Shown: positions 8,543 to 17,168 of the stretch, one piece after another
Layout of the letters: the number at the start of each line of letters is the position of its first letter
How positions within the stretch are numbered: position 1 is the first letter of the stretch
Source: Gammaproteobacteria bacterium
GTDB lineage: Bacteria; Pseudomonadota; Gammaproteobacteria; Eutrophobiales; Eutrophobiaceae
Reading direction: 5' to 3'
DNA: 64,000 nt
NCBI GenBank assembly: GCA_965116495.1
Contig: OZ220696.1
Span: forward strand, 1,075,493 to 1,139,492
The notes under the pieces: generated by a model
What the model was told of the DNA's origin: nothing
Databases searched by the model: none
Seen by the model: the letters and a program-made list of their open reading frames with translations, nothing else
Made by a program: the position numbers and the translations under genes

Positions 8543-8971
8543 CCGTCTCAGCGTTTGCTTGTCCAGGTTGTCATGGGTCAGTACGCAAGGATGGGTCCGG
8601 CCGGCCGTGTCCTTGAAGTGCAGTACCACTATCTGCGGGTGGACCAACGCGCCGGGCAGCAACCTGAGGTTGACGGCTTCGCAGTTGTCACTGAATAACT
8701 GCCATTGGTCGTGCTTGTCCAGCTTGAAGCAGATGTCCTCCGGAGAGAGAAATCGCGTTATGTAAATGCCATAATTGACCAGGACGCAGGTTCCGGCAAA
8801 TACCATGGCAATGGCCGGAATATCTGCCACGAACAGGCAGACAATCGCCCCTATATGCACCAGGGTATTAAAAATACCCACCCGTACAGAGCGCCGGTAA
8901 TGAATGAAAATCGGTAGTTCAAACGGGGCTTCCAGGCCGGTTACATCGGGCATCCCTTTCTTGCAATCCAT
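8513..8971 (-). CDS. YgfX/CptA-like inner-membrane protein (DUF1434)
   Basis: Two predicted TM helices, then a W..L and ...TLRRLRVRLRWQ C-terminal pattern similar to E. coli YgfX. The real start may be the internal MPDVTG at 8953. Confidence 0.45.
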   Translation of the reverse strand: MDCKKGMPDVTGLEAPFELPIFIHYRRSVRVGIFNTLVHIGAIVCLFVADIPAIAMVFAGTCVLVNYGIYITRFLSPEDICFKLDKHDQWQLFSDNCEAVNLRLLPGALVHPQIVVLHFKDTAGRTHPCVLTHDNLDKQTLRRLRVRLRWQH

Positions 8972-9074
8972 TATGTTTATTTACATACTGTATTTTTTCC
9001 TGTCGGAAAACACGCACGCGTACACGGTGATCCTGGACAAAACAGGATATTGAAGATTTTGATAACATAAGTCA

Positions 9075-9236
9075 ATGGCCAGACAAGAAACAGAGAAGCC
9101 GCAAAAACCGCCCCAGCCAGCCAGGCCGACAGAAAACAGCAAGGAGAACGAGTCCGGGGAAGTCGGCGGCCCTAAGGGACCGGAACCCACCCGTTACGGA
9201 GACTGGGAAAGAAAAGGCCGTTGTGTGGATTTTTGA
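9075..9236 (+). CDS. DUF1674 / SDHAF4-like small protein (53 aa; not in the ORF table)
   Basis: Manual translation gives [53 protein letters not shown]. The C-terminal TRYGDWE+KGR+C+DF matches the DUF1674 signature. Confidence 0.6.
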   Translation: MARQETEKPQKPPQPARPTENSKENESGEVGGPKGPEPTRYGDWERKGRCVDF

Positions 9237-9279
9237 CTTTGCGTCCTGCATCTGAGACTCCGGCCCGGGATGGTGCAGG

Positions 9280-10245
9280 TTGATAGCGGGCCGGCTGGTT
9301 TTCGCGCTGTTGCTGATAGCGGCGCCCGCTGCAGTTCTCGCCGCTGACCGGACCCTGATCCTCGCCGCGTGGAATATCGAACACCTGGCGGCTGAAGACG
9401 GCAAGGGCTGCCGGCCGCGGGATGCTGCCGAATACGAGGCGATCGGGCAATACCTGGACCGCGCTAATGCGGACATTATTGCATTCCAGGAGGTAGAGAA
9501 CCTGCGCGCGGCAGAGAGGGTGTTCCCTGCTTCGAAGTATGATGTTCATATCTCACAAAGACCGTCCCGGAAATTTCCGGAATGCTACGACATCACCAAC
9601 GACAGGTTGATGCAGCGCACGGGGTTCGCCGTTCGCAAGGACATTGCCAGGCGCCTGGGTCTGCGGGCGGTTCGACAACCCGATGTACGCGAACTGCAGG
9701 GCACCCATGATTCCGGGCGCCGGGGCGTCCATCTTGTCCTGGAGCAGGTTGATGAAGGTAGCGCCGGGTCAATGCCGGCCGGGCCCCCATTGCACCTGCT
9801 TTCCATACACCTGAAATCAAGATGTACGCACCAGGCCATAACGGGCAAAAAAACCAGGCCGGATTGCGTCGTACTGCATGGGCAGGTTGACGCATTATCC
9901 GCCTGGATCAATGCCCGTGCCCACCTGCAACAGGATTTTATTATCGCCGGCGATTTCAACAGGCAGCTTGACCAGTTAAGCGACGAAGTGTGGGTACGGC
10001 TGGAATCCGGCGGCAAGAGCGGACCATACGTTGACCTGGAGAAAGCCCTTCAAGGGGTTGAACATCCACAGCCTTATAACCGGAAATACCCCTACGCCAT
10101 CGATCACATCATATACAACCAGGCCGTGGACAGCCTGTTGCTTGAGACAGAGGCGTTTTTTGACGTCGGGGCGGGCAGCTATTCGGACCACCTGCCTGTT
10201 TTTGCCACCTTTGATTTATCGGGCCCCGACGGTGGTATGAACTGA
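9280..10245 (+). CDS. Endonuclease/exonuclease/phosphatase (EEP) family protein, secreted
   Basis: Signal-like N-terminus, then LILAAWNIEHL...IIAFQEV... and a C-terminal SDHLPV, which fits the EEP fold. Start is TTG. Confidence 0.75.
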   Translation: MIAGRLVFALLLIAAPAAVLAADRTLILAAWNIEHLAAEDGKGCRPRDAAEYEAIGQYLDRANADIIAFQEVENLRAAERVFPASKYDVHISQRPSRKFPECYDITNDRLMQRTGFAVRKDIARRLGLRAVRQPDVRELQGTHDSGRRGVHLVLEQVDEGSAGSMPAGPPLHLLSIHLKSRCTHQAITGKKTRPDCVVLHGQVDALSAWINARAHLQQDFIIAGDFNRQLDQLSDEVWVRLESGGKSGPYVDLEKALQGVEHPQPYNRKYPYAIDHIIYNQAVDSLLLETEAFFDVGAGSYSDHLPVFATFDLSGPDGGMN

Positions 10246-10257
10246 AGCAGGCTATTC

Positions 10258-10330
10258 GGGGTCAGAGTAAAAATACCTGGTAGTACGGTAACACAATCTA
10301 CCGGGTTGACCGTATTTTTACTCTGACCCC
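10258..10330. promoter_or_regulatory. Perfect 19-bp inverted repeat (GGGGTCAGAGTAAAAATAC / GTATTTTTACTCTGACCCC) enclosing a 35-nt loop with an inner hairpin, between the EEP gene and sdhC
   Basis: Direct reading of the sequence; no T-run follows the hairpin. Confidence 0.7.
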
Positions 10331-10394
10331 AAGTATCAGGTATCAAAGAATAGTACGGTCTCGTATAATACGCCTTTTTCCGAGTGGGTAATTA

Positions 10395-10775
10395 ATGACG
10401 AACTCGCAAACTCCACTGTCGCCTTTTTTGCAGTACAGGCCGCAGTTGACATCGATGCTGTCCATCTCGCACCGCATCACGGGAGTGTTCCTGTGCGCCG
10501 GGGCGGTGTTGTTGAGTTGCTGGCTGGTGTCGGTTGCCGCGGGGGCGGAGGTATATTCCACGGTCAACCAGCATGTCACTGCCTGGTACGGTCAGGTTGT
10601 CGTTATCGGCTTTGTGTTCTCACTCTACTACCACTTGTGCAACGGCATCCGGCACCTGTTCTGGGATATGGGTATGGGGCTGGAAATCACAACCACCTAT
10701 CGTAGCGGCTATGCGGTGCTGATTACCACGATATTACTGACGATCATGACCTTCAGTGCCGGGAGTATCCCGTGA
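10395..10775 (+). CDS. sdhC: Succinate dehydrogenase cytochrome b556 subunit
   Basis: RPLSPFLQYRPQLTSMLSISHRITG matches the SdhC signature. Confidence 0.9.
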   Translation: MTNSQTPLSPFLQYRPQLTSMLSISHRITGVFLCAGAVLLSCWLVSVAAGAEVYSTVNQHVTAWYGQVVVIGFVFSLYYHLCNGIRHLFWDMGMGLEITTTYRSGYAVLITTILLTIMTFSAGSIP

Positions 10776-11143
10776 TCAGACGGCTCCTGTTTCCCCGGGC
10801 CGGAAGTACCGGAGAAAATATCCGGCGCTGGTGGTACCAGCGGCTTTCCGCGGTTGCCCTGCTGCCACTCTCGTTGTGGTTCATCTATGACTTGTCCGCG
10901 CTGGCGTCACTGGAATATACCGTGGTGCGGGATTGGCTGGCAACGCCGTCCAGCGTTGTCCTGTTCATCCTGCTCATTCCCACCCTGTTTTATCACGCCC
11001 AGTCCGGCATGCAGGAGGTCATCGAAGACTACATTGCAAGTGAGCAGCAAAAGATGGCGGCTGTATTCGTGGTGAAGTTTTTGGCAATGCTGTGCGCACT
11101 CGCTTCCATGCTGGCCGTAACGGCAATCCACCTGGGCCTGTGA
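10772..11143 (+). CDS. sdhD: Succinate dehydrogenase hydrophobic membrane anchor subunit
   Basis: 123-aa membrane protein between sdhC and sdhA; GTG start overlapping the sdhC stop. Confidence 0.8.
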   Translation: MIRRLLFPRAGSTGENIRRWWYQRLSAVALLPLSLWFIYDLSALASLEYTVVRDWLATPSSVVLFILLIPTLFYHAQSGMQEVIEDYIASEQQKMAAVFVVKFLAMLCALASMLAVTAIHLGL

Positions 11144-11145
11144 TA

Positions 11146-12938
11146 ATGAGCGCAGCCTACCAGTTCATTCAGCATGAATACGATATTGTCGTGGTAGGCG
11201 CCGGTGGCGCCGGGTTGCGCGCCACCTTCGGCATGGCCGAGAAAGAGCTGAAAACGGCTTGCATCACCAAGGTCTTTCCCACCCGCAGCCACACCGTTGC
11301 GGCCCAGGGCGGCATGAGCGCGGCCCTGGGCACATGGGTGAAGACGACTGGCGCTGGCACATGTACGATACCGTCAAGGGGTCGGACTGGCTGGGTGACC
11401 AGGATGCCATTGAATATATGTGCAAGGAGGCTGCTGCTGCCGTGATCGAACTGGAACATTACGGCGTCCCCTTCTCGCGTACCACGGACGGCAAGATTTA
11501 CCAGCGTCCTTTCGGCGGCATGACGACCAACTTCGGTGAAGGCACGGCGCAGCGTACCTGCGCCGCCGCCGACCGCACCGGTCACGCCATCCTGCATACC
11601 CTGTACCAGCAGTCCCTGAAGCATAACGCCGAGTTTTTCGTCGAATATTTTGCCATCGACCTGATCATGGACGATGAAGGCGTGTGTCGGGGTGTCCTGG
11701 CCTGGGACCTGGAGAAGGGCGACCTGCACTGCTTTCGCGCCCACACCGTGGTCCTGGCTACGGGGGGGTATGGACGCGCCTATTTCTCCTGTACCTCCGC
11801 CCATACCTGCACCGGTGACGGCAATGCCATGATACTGCGCGCCGGCCTGCCTTTGCAGGACATGGAATTCGTCCAATTCCATCCTACCGGCATTTACGGC
11901 GCCGGGGTGCTGATTACCGAAGGAGTGCGCGGCGAGGGTGGCTACCTGACCAATTCGGAGGGTGAAAGATTCATGGAGCGTTACGCCCCCAATGCCAAAG
12001 ACCTGGCCTCCCGGGACGTGGTCAGCCGCTCCATGACCATGGAAATCCGGGAGGGGCGCGGGATTGGCCCGGAACGGGACCACCTCCACCTGCACCTGGA
12101 ACACCTGGGACCGGATGTGATCAACGAACGCCTGCCCGGGATCGCGGAGTCGGCCCACATTTTCGCCGGAGTGGACGTTTCCAGGGCACCCATTCCCGTC
12201 CTGCCTACGGTGCATTACAACATGGGTGGGATCCCGACCAACTACCACGGACAGATGGTCACGTTGAAGGACGGCAATCCCGACAGTATCGCCCCCGGCC
12301 TCATGGCCATCGGGGAAGCGGCCTGCGTATCGGTCCACGGCGCCAATCGTCTCGGCTCAAACAGCCTGCTGGACCTCATCGTGTTCGGCCGCGCCGCGGC
12401 CCTGTGTGCCGCCCGCGAAGTCAAACCCGGCGCTCCCCACAAACCCCTGGGCGCCGCGACGACAGAGCAGTCCCTGGCGCGCTTCGACCGCCTTCGTTAT
12501 GCCGGCGGCGGTATGCGTACTGCCGAGATCAGGAACAACATGCAGCGAACCATGCAGACCAACGCCGCGGTCTTTCGCAGCGGTGAGATCCTGGCGGAAG
12601 GTGTCGAAAAAATGGATGCTATTTACCATTCGTTTAACAATGTCAGCACGGCTGATCGTTCCCTGGTCTGGAATACCGACCTGGTCGAGACCCTGGAACT
12701 GGAAAACCTGTTACAGTGCGCGCAGGTAAGCATCCGCTCCGCCGCAAACCGCAGGGAGAGCCGCGGCGCCCATGCCCGGGAGGATTACCCGGAGCGGGAT
12801 GATGATAATTGGATGAAACATACCTTATCGTGGCTGGACCCCGATTCGGGCAGGGTGGATTTCGACTACCGGCCGGTACACCTGTATACCCTGACGGATG
12901 AGGTGGACGCAATCCCACCGAAAAAGCGGGTATATTAA
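11146..12938 (+). CDS. sdhA: Succinate dehydrogenase flavoprotein subunit, with an apparent -1 frameshift near 11331-11335
   Basis: The N-terminus [26 protein letters not shown]...[13 protein letters not shown] is in one frame. The remainder, [19 protein letters not shown]... to the end, is in the +2 frame (ORF 11259..12938). Confidence 0.85.
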
Positions 12939-12951
12939 TCCGCAGGGATAT

Positions 12952-13021
12952 ATCCGCAGATTACCCAGATATACGCAGATGAAAAAAATGAATCAAAAAA
13001 TAATCTGCGTTAATCTGCACC
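12952..13021. repeat. CGCAGAT-iteron inverted-repeat element, copy 3 (short spacer), between sdhA and sdhB
   Basis: ATCCGCAGATTACCCAGATATACGCAGAT ... ATCTGCGTTAATCTGCACCATCTGCGGAT. An extra partial ATCCGCAGG abuts the sdhA stop codon. Confidence 0.9.
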
Positions 13022-13075
13022 ATCTGCGGATAAAATAATATTTGTGTAAACTGAGGGTAAGCAAAGAGACTTGGT

Positions 13076-13858
13076 ATGGCGCAGCTTACGTTGCCAAAAA
13101 ATTCGAAAGTGATGCAGGGAAAAACATTTCCACTGGACGGCAACGTGACGCGGAAAAAAAACCTGCGGGTGTACCGCTGGGACCCGGATGCGGGTGACAA
13201 CCCGAGGATAGATACCTACGAGGTCGACCTGGAGAAATGCGGCCAGATGGTGCTGGACGCGCTTATCCATGTCAAGAATGACATCGACTCGACCCTGACC
13301 TTCCGGCGTTCCTGCCGTGAGGGCATTTGCGGTTCCTGCGCCATGAACATCGACGGCGTCAACACGCTGGCCTGCACCAAATCAATCAGCGATATCAGGC
13401 ACGATATCCGGATCTACCCCCTGCCCCACACCCCGGTCGTCAAGGACCTGGTCCCCGACCTGAGCCAGTTCTATGCGCAGTACGCCGACATCAAGCCCTG
13501 GATGCAGACCCGCTCCCCTGCCCCGGAGGAGAGCGAGCGGCTTCAGTCCAAGGAAGACAGGGAAAAACTCGATGGCCTGTACGAATGTATCCTGTGCGCC
13601 TGCTGCTCCACGTCCTGCCCGAGTTACTGGTGGAACAGCGACCGCTACCTGGGACCGGCAATTTTATTGCAGGCCTACCGCTGGATTATCGACAGCCGGG
13701 ACGAGAACACCGAAGATCGCCTGGGTGAACTGGAAGACCCGTTCAGCCTGTACCGGTGCCATACGATCATGAATTGCACCAATACCTGCCCGAAGGGCCT
13801 GAACCCCGCCAGGGCCATCGCTGAAATCAAGAAGGAACTTGCAAAGAAAATGCTGTAA
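13076..13858 (+). CDS. sdhB: Succinate dehydrogenase iron-sulfur subunit
   Basis: [28 protein letters not shown] and [14 protein letters not shown] are the three Fe-S cluster motifs. Confidence 0.9.
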   Translation: MAQLTLPKNSKVMQGKTFPLDGNVTRKKNLRVYRWDPDAGDNPRIDTYEVDLEKCGQMVLDALIHVKNDIDSTLTFRRSCREGICGSCAMNIDGVNTLACTKSISDIRHDIRIYPLPHTPVVKDLVPDLSQFYAQYADIKPWMQTRSPAPEESERLQSKEDREKLDGLYECILCACCSTSCPSYWWNSDRYLGPAILLQAYRWIIDSRDENTEDRLGELEDPFSLYRCHTIMNCTNTCPKGLNPARAIAEIKKELAKKML

Positions 13859-13924
13859 TGACGCCTGTAAACAATAGCCCGCATTTCTCACCAGGCGGTG
13901 CGAAGATCGCTCAGGATTTTAGAT

Positions 13925-14150
13925 GTGCGCCCTCCATGGCGCACACCCTGCGGGTGTCCTGTGGACATCCAAATCTGCTCCTGGCAGATTTGTCCCGCCA
14001 GCGGGTGCCTGCGACCGAAAGCATAGCCGGCCCTGATGCGCCCCATCCTTGGGGCGCCCCCTGCGGGCGCTCTGCGAGCGTCCAAATCTGCTCCAGGCAG
14101 ATTTGTCTGGTTGAGGGACAAATCGGCAGGACAGCCGATTTGCACGGCGA
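13925..14150. repeat. Two tandem ~75-bp structured units, each with a GC-rich hairpin plus the palindrome AAATCTGCTCCWGGCAGATTT, followed by a CAAATCGGC/GCCGATTTG palindrome
   Basis: Direct repeats at 13925-13998 and 14036-14110 carry compensatory stem changes. A third unit lies at 54228-54280. Confidence 0.8.
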
Positions 14151-14244
14151 TAGCCGCCCGAAGGGTTGCGTCCAGGGATGGGCGCAATGAACACGTGCCC
14201 GTTGGCGGGAAAAAGACAAGCGAGGGCGCATCGCCTGGTGAGAA

Positions 14245-14592
14245 ATGCGGGCTGATACTGCACGGTTACGCTGGCGCTGCCGGCGCGGCACCCGGGAAAT
14301 GGACCTGCTGCTGCTGCGTTTCCTGGAACGGGACTATCCCCGTCTGGATGCCAGGGAACAATCCCTGTTCGGTTCCCTGCTGGATGAGTCCGATCCCGAT
14401 CTGTATGCCTGGATAACCGGTCAGGCCGAGCCGGCCAAACCCGACTACCTGCCCATTATCGCTAAAATCAATAACTGTTCACCCAGCGACTCTTCAAGCG
14501 TCATAGTGGACAGGCCTGCCCCGGCATACAGTAAGCCGGGGGATTATCCACTGTCCAGTGCCAGGGACGTTATGAAAATCAATGATCTCTGA
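14245..14592 (+). CDS. sdhE: FAD assembly factor SdhE (YgfY family, RGxxE motif)
   Basis: RLRWRCRRGTREMDLLLLRFLERDY...DPDLYAWITGQ aligns with E. coli SdhE. The C-terminal extension may not be translated. Confidence 0.75.
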   Translation: MRADTARLRWRCRRGTREMDLLLLRFLERDYPRLDAREQSLFGSLLDESDPDLYAWITGQAEPAKPDYLPIIAKINNCSPSDSSSVIVDRPAPAYSKPGDYPLSSARDVMKINDL

Positions 14593-15487
14593 CCTACCCG
14601 GCTTCCTCACACCGATCAGGATAGAAGGCGCGGACGCCGCCGGGTTCCTGCACGGGCAATTCACTACCGACGTCACCGGTCTTGCAGCCGGCCAGGCCGG
14701 ACTCAGCGCCTGGTGCGACCCCAAAGGCCGGGTGATCGCCACCTTCATCCTGGCGCGCCTGGATGACGTGTTCCTGTTACTGCTACCCGGCACAGTGAAA
14801 GAGGCATTCGTAAAGCGCCTGAAAATGTTTGTATTGCACGCAGACGTGACTATCGTTGACACAAGCAGTACGCAGCCATTGCAATACTATACCGGCGCGC
14901 TGGTGAAAGACGCTCAATCCCTCTTCCCCGGGTTGGCAAACATTGCGCCGCATTCAGCGCTACGCCATAACGACTATACCCTCATCACCTACCCCGCTGA
15001 TATCGCGATCATCCTGGCCGGCAGTAGAAAAACATCGTTATTAAGGAGAGCATACGAAACCTATTTCAGGGACCAGGGAGTACGCTTCCTGGAAAAAGCC
15101 TTTATCCGCCAAGACATCCCCTGGCTGGACGCGGAAACCAGCGCACGCTTCCTGCCCCAGGAACTCAACCTGGATACCCTGGAGGCCGTGTCATTCAGCA
15201 AGGGTTGCTACCCGGGCCAGGAGATCGTCGCCCGCCTGCGCTACCGCGGCGCAGTCAAACGGCGCCTGTGCCATGCGAGGACGGACAACAAAATCCGCCT
15301 GGAACCCGGCGCGGCGCTGAGGCCGGATGTAGAAGAAAGGAACATCGGTACAGTGGTGAACTCAATCATATCGAGTAAAGGCCAGGAATTATTAATCGTA
15401 CTGGAACGTCCGTTTATCGAATCCGGCAAGGTCGTCGCTGAGGATTTCCCGGATTGGTCCGTCGAATCGGTATCAGGTATAGAATAG
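14582..15487 (+). CDS. ygfZ: tRNA-modifying folate-binding protein YgfZ
   Basis: The KGCYPGQE signature and overall 300-aa architecture match YgfZ; it follows sdhE. Confidence 0.85.
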   Translation: MISDLPGFLTPIRIEGADAAGFLHGQFTTDVTGLAAGQAGLSAWCDPKGRVIATFILARLDDVFLLLLPGTVKEAFVKRLKMFVLHADVTIVDTSSTQPLQYYTGALVKDAQSLFPGLANIAPHSALRHNDYTLITYPADIAIILAGSRKTSLLRRAYETYFRDQGVRFLEKAFIRQDIPWLDAETSARFLPQELNLDTLEAVSFSKGCYPGQEIVARLRYRGAVKRRLCHARTDNKIRLEPGAALRPDVEERNIGTVVNSIISSKGQELLIVLERPFIESGKVVAEDFPDWSVESVSGIE

Positions 15488-15507
15488 TACCCACTCAATC
15501 CCCAATC

Positions 15508-15527
15508 TATGGGTGTCCTGGATTTGC
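15508..15527. repeat. Copy of the 20-mer ATGGGTGTCCTGGATTTGCG (related inverted pair at 58045-58102)
   Basis: Sequence identity to 58080-58102, ATTTATGGGTGTCCTAAATTTGC. Confidence 0.6.
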
Positions 15528-15565
15528 GTTACCCCGAGTAAGGTCCGCCTGTATAATGGCCGTTT

Positions 15566-16540
15566 ATGAAACACGGGAAAATCGTTGTAAGCGGGTTTGA
15601 CCCTGCGTGGTGGCTGCCTGGCGGGAATTTACAGACCCTGTGGCCGTATTTCTTTCGCCGTAAGACGCATGTGGACCTGGCCCGCGAGCGCCTGGAGTTG
15701 CCGGACGGCGACTTCGTCGATTTGAGTCTGACCGCGAATGCAGGCAACCCGATCGTAGCGGTTTTTCACGGTCTTGAAGGCTGCGTTGACTCCCATTACG
15801 TCAGACCGTTGCTGGCGGCCGTTGAAAAGCGGGGCTGGCACGGTGTGTTCATGCACTTTCGCGGCTGCAGCGGTGAGCATAACCGCCTGGCGCGCAGTTA
15901 CCACTCGGGAGATACCGCTGATATCGGGTTCCTGGTAGACCATCTGCACAGGCTCTATCCCGGCGTGCCCATCGCGGCAGCAGGTTATTCGCTGGGCGGT
16001 AACGCACTGTTGAAATACCTTGGAGAGGCAGACCGTAAGGGACAGGTTAATGCGGCGGCGGCCATCTCCGTGCCCTACGTCCTTGCCGAAGGGGCAAAAC
16101 GGCTCAAGGCCGGGTTTTCCAGGGTATACCAGCGCCGTCTGCTCGGCCTCCTGAAACGGAAAATCACCGGTAAGTTCAGCACCCGGGACTGTCCTTTTAA
16201 CCTTGGAGAGATCGCGCAACTGAATGATTTTTTCCGCTTCGATGACAGGATCACCGCTCCCCTGCACGGTTTCGCCGGGGTGATGGACTATTACACGCGC
16301 AGCAGTTCGCGTCCGTTCCTGAAATCCATCAACGTGCCATCCCTGCTGATCCACGCCCGGAACGACCCTTTCATGAGCGAAGACGTCATCCCGGAAGAAG
16401 ATGAACTGTCGGAATCCGTGCAACTGGAACTTGCTGAAACCGGCGGGCACATCGGATTTGTCAGCGGCATGGTGCCGGGTTATGCTTCGTACTGGCTGGA
16501 ACGAAGGATTATCGAATTTTTTGATGGGTATTTGTACTGA
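15566..16540 (+). CDS. Alpha/beta hydrolase, YheT family
   Basis: 324 aa with the GYSLGGN nucleophile elbow and the YheT-like N-terminal LQTLWP motif. Confidence 0.8.
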   Translation: MKHGKIVVSGFDPAWWLPGGNLQTLWPYFFRRKTHVDLARERLELPDGDFVDLSLTANAGNPIVAVFHGLEGCVDSHYVRPLLAAVEKRGWHGVFMHFRGCSGEHNRLARSYHSGDTADIGFLVDHLHRLYPGVPIAAAGYSLGGNALLKYLGEADRKGQVNAAAAISVPYVLAEGAKRLKAGFSRVYQRRLLGLLKRKITGKFSTRDCPFNLGEIAQLNDFFRFDDRITAPLHGFAGVMDYYTRSSSRPFLKSINVPSLLIHARNDPFMSEDVIPEEDELSESVQLELAETGGHIGFVSGMVPGYASYWLERRIIEFFDGYLY

Positions 16541-17012
16541 GCGACAATCTTACCTGGTTATAGCCCTGGCGTGCCTGTTGCTGCTGGGGTTCGGCTATTT
16601 CCTGCAATTCGTCCGGGGCCTGGACCCCTGCCCCCTGTGCATCCTGCAACGGGTCGCTTACATGGGAGTGGGGGTTGTTTGCCTTACAGGGTTCCTGCAC
16701 GGTTCCGCGGGCCGTATATACAGTGCACTGGCGCTGGTTTGCGCGCTGGCGGGCGCCGCAATTGCAGGCAGGCAGGTATGGCTGCAACACCTGCCGCCGG
16801 AACGGGTGCCGGAATGCGGCCCGGGGCTGGATTTTATTTTGCAGGCGTTTCCGATTTTCGATGCGCTTAAACTGATTTTCACCGGCTCGGGGGAATGCGC
16901 CGAGACCGTATGGACGTTCCTGTCCCTCAGTATCGCCGAATGGAGCCTGTTCTGGTTTTGCGCGTTGTCAGTCCTGCTCTTGTACCACCTGATAAAATTT
17001 GAGCGGGTTTGA
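16524..17012 (+). CDS. dsbB: Disulfide bond formation protein B
   Basis: 4-TM protein with CPLCILQR and a second Cys pair in the periplasmic loop. The internal ATG at 16524 overlaps the yheT stop. Confidence 0.8.
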   Translation: MGICTERQSYLVIALACLLLLGFGYFLQFVRGLDPCPLCILQRVAYMGVGVVCLTGFLHGSAGRIYSALALVCALAGAAIAGRQVWLQHLPPERVPECGPGLDFILQAFPIFDALKLIFTGSGECAETVWTFLSLSIAEWSLFWFCALSVLLLYHLIKFERV

Positions 17013-17029
17013 CTGGATTATGGTATGGA

Positions 17030-17168
17030 TGGCTGTTTGACTGGATTCCGGCTTCCGCCGGAATGACGGATTGACTTCCACCGGAATGACGGATTGACTT
17101 CCACCGGAATGACGGATTGGCTTCCGTCGGAGTGACGGATTGGCTTAACGGCGGAATGACGGGTTGGC
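17030..17168. repeat. Tandem array of about six 23-bp units (ACGGATTGACTTCCACCGGAATG) built on the GTCATTCCGG REP half-site
   Basis: Direct reading of the sequence; lies between convergent dsbB and ffh. Confidence 0.85.

Noticed and set aside
11169-12338. 389-aa ORF on the minus strand inside sdhA, and similar long antisense ORFs (36993-38465 in yejE, 49173-50240 in lon, 617-1312 and 792-1403 in glxK, 34063-34938 in yejA)
   Set aside because: They are GC-rich antisense reading frames with Arg/Pro/Gly-rich, low-complexity translations. They fully overlap well-supported genes on the other strand, which is typical high-GC shadow ORFs.
13858-14291. Several 70-126 aa ORFs in the sdhB-sdhE spacer
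   Set aside because: The region is dominated by structured repeats. The ORFs overlap on both strands with Arg/Pro/Ala-rich translations, so it is more plausibly non-coding.
16401-16523. N-terminal 41 residues of the listed 203-aa dsbB ORF
   Set aside because: They overlap the end of the yheT-like gene. The DsbB homology begins at the internal Met (MGICTERQSYLVIALA...).
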